IMG/VR virus record: IMGVR_UViG_3300037519_000101
Strand: one strand, 5' to 3'
DNA from: an uncultured virus (IMG/VR IMGVR_UViG_3300037519_000101)
Lineage: Duplodnaviria; Heunggongvirae; Uroviricota; Caudoviricetes
Length of the DNA stretch: 58,048 nucleotides
Shown here: positions 56,922 to 58,048 of the stretch, one piece after another
How the letters are laid out: each line of letters starts with the position of its first letter
How positions within the stretch are numbered: the stretch's first letter is position 1
Notes under the pieces: generated by a model
Seen by the model: only the letters and a program-made list of their open reading frames with translations
Told to the model about the DNA's origin: nothing
Database searches by the model: none
Made by a program: the position numbers and the translations under genes

Positions 56922-56929
56922 CAAATATA
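56922..56929 (-). promoter_or_regulatory. TATATTTG -7 element
   Basis: TAnnTTTG between a terminator and ATG 56902. Confidence 0.6.
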
Positions 56930-56944
56930 TGAATTATTTTAAAT

Positions 56945-56988
56945 AAAAAACCCAGGAAGTAATTCTTGATCAGAGAAACTTTCCTGGG
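56945..56988 (-). terminator. Rho-independent terminator with extended stem
   Basis: CCCAGGAA...TTCCTGGG then TTTTTT. Confidence 0.75.
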
Positions 56989-57135
56989 TGTTGCAAACAG
57001 TTATATGACTGACTAAGTGGGGTTCGTCAACCAGACTTAGTGCACATTCACTTTCCTGCGCAGAGAAGGCCAGATCTAGTGAGCAGTTCTTACGGTATGC
57101 TTACCTGGCACTGAACCTGCAGATCCTATCTACAG
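56945..57135 (-). ncRNA. Candidate structured RNA in the tRNA 3' trailer, ending in a terminator
   Basis: GC-richer than flanks, no convincing ORF, several consecutive stems. Confidence 0.5.
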
Positions 57136-57145
57136 GGGAGGGTTG

Positions 57146-57219
57146 CGCTTTTTCTAGGGCTCGAACCTAGGACCCCCAGATTAACAGTCTAGTGCTCTAA
57201 CCAACTGAGCTAAAAAAGC
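57146..57219 (-). tRNA. trnN: tRNA-Asn (GTT), CCA not encoded
   Basis: Cloverleaf GCTTTTT/AAAAAGC, GCTC/GAGC, CTAGA-CTGTTAA-TCTGG, CTAGG-TTCGAGC-CCTAG; discriminator G. Confidence 0.93.
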
Positions 57220-57227
57220 GGTTCTGT

Positions 57228-57257
57228 AAAAAAGCCCTGGGATTTTACACCAGGGCT
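57228..57257 (-). terminator. Terminator-like hairpin just upstream of the tRNA
   Basis: AGCCCTGG-TGTAAAATC-CCAGGGCT then TTTTT. Confidence 0.65.
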
Positions 57258-57302
57258 ACACAACATACTAGGATTTGCGGAAACAGCACCTAAACGACAG
57301 AA

Positions 57303-57310
57303 CAAATATA
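57303..57310 (-). promoter_or_regulatory. TATATTTG -7 element upstream of the RNA cluster
   Basis: TAnnTTTG match. Confidence 0.55.
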
Positions 57311-57487
57311 TACAACATTTCTTATAGCACAACTATAGATAAAAAAATTTTTATAAAATTTTCATGATCTGTAATAACCCCCCCCACTCATGTTACCACT
57401 TGGTAACTTACCCCATGGTAATATTGCTGTGAGAGATTCACTAATATATGCTTACGGTATTTGGGGCTTGTATGTGGAATGACTTGT

Positions 57488-57541
57488 GGGGATCCCCCTG
57501 TACCCACGCCCCCCGCCCCGCAAGCCAGACCCCTACCCCCC
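57488..57541. other. C-tract-rich (G4-prone on the minus strand) element at the strand switch
   Basis: Six C runs of 3-6 nt plus the palindrome GGGGATCCCC, in an AT-rich genome. Confidence 0.6.
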
Positions 57542-57558
57542 ACTAACTTAGAACAACG

Positions 57559-57570
57559 AACCCTTAACTA
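57559..57570 (+). promoter_or_regulatory. AACCCTTAACTA motif, copy 1 (candidate early promoter)
   Basis: Identical 12-mer also at 57853-57864; each copy precedes a + strand ORF. Confidence 0.55.
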
Positions 57571-57595
57571 GAATAAAATATTAAAATTAATTGTC

Positions 57596-57823
57596 ATGGA
57601 AAAGAAAGATAGGTTATTCACTTTCAGAGCTAAAGTGTGTAAGAGTTCTCAAGATTGGGGATTCATGTTAATTGTTGTCGGATTTGAAAATAAATCCTTC
57701 ACAATCAACAAGAACTATGCTACTAAGTGTGGTATGGTATTAAACCGCATTTATGATGTGACTTGCACCTTGAAAGAGGTTGGCAAGTATACCAATATTG
57801 AAAAGGTATTAAGAGTGCATTAG
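57596..57823 (+). CDS. Hypothetical protein (putative early gene)
   Basis: A-rich leader and own terminator. Confidence 0.65.
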   Translation: MEKKDRLFTFRAKVCKSSQDWGFMLIVVGFENKSFTINKNYATKCGMVLNRIYDVTCTLKEVGKYTNIEKVLRVH

Positions 57824-57838
57824 CACTCTTTATTTTTT
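57811..57838 (+). terminator. Rho-independent terminator overlapping the stop codon
   Basis: AAGAGTGC-ATTA-GCACTCTT then TATTTTTT. Confidence 0.7.
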
Positions 57839-57852
57839 CCCTCTTCTTTACT

Positions 57853-57864
57853 AACCCTTAACTA
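57853..57864 (+). promoter_or_regulatory. AACCCTTAACTA motif, copy 2
   Basis: Directly after the terminator, upstream of ATG 57903. Confidence 0.55.
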
Positions 57865-57902
57865 AATAAAAATAAATTATTAATTAATTAAAACTAAAAA
57901 TT

Positions 57903-58048
57903 ATGAAAGCTAAATTAATTGGCAAGAGCAAAAGTGCAAAGAGCAAAACTGGATTATCATTTAGATATGTAATCAGTGGCACTAAAGAAGAAATTGCTGA
58001 GTTGGTAAAAACTGAGAATTTCAAAGAGTATCCTCAATATGAAGAAGC
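57903..58048 (+). CDS. Hypothetical protein, truncated by the window end
   Basis: MKAKLIGKSKSAKSKTGLSFRYVISGTKEEIAELVKTENFKEYPQYEE..., open to the end. Confidence 0.65.
   Translation, partial: MKAKLIGKSKSAKSKTGLSFRYVISGTKEEIAELVKTENFKEYPQYEE

Noticed and set aside
57060..57145. Theta/HDV-like ribozyme or SRP RNA after the tRNA
   Set aside because: Could not find the nested P1/P2/P3-L3 pattern at the tRNA 3' end or the SRP domain IV motif; kept only as an unclassified ncRNA candidate
1..58048. Stop-codon reassignment as in some crAss-like phages
   Set aside because: Long genes are intact in the standard code; TAA, TAG and TGA all end genes at tight junctions; no suppressor tRNA seen

Overview
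A 58-kb AT-rich segment of a tailed-phage genome, most likely a crAss-like (Crassvirales-type) podovirus of a Bacteroidota host. Family assignments come from motif recognition and gene order, not from database searches. Almost everything from ~57.3 kb leftwards is on the minus strand. In transcription order it holds: tRNA-Asn plus candidate ncRNAs; a small putative anti-defence cluster (Acb2/Tad1-like, Tad2/DUF2829 fusion), GroES and DUF3310; a fibre/adhesin cluster; lysis genes; DNA-binding proteins; a PD-(D/E)xK nuclease split by an atypical Gly1 class-3 intein; terminase, a free-standing GIY-YIG/NUMOD3 endonuclease, portal, scaffold and major capsid; eight small Lys-rich proteins and a Dps-like ferritin; a Cys-rich structural cluster; ring/muzzle tail proteins; and large cargo/ejection proteins. 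The strand switches at a C-rich tract (~57.5 kb), followed by + strand genes that share a 12-bp upstream motif. Best novel candidates: (1) a 3'-UTR hairpin RNA at 16336-16410 whose loop is antisense to an AAACCAACAAA motif at the translation starts of several genes; (2) a repeated xxxGG/AQxG peptide tag shared by cargo proteins and small basic proteins; (3) a structured RNA in the tRNA trailer; (4) the class-3 intein; (5) the sponge-protein cluster with a coupled 26-aa microprotein.
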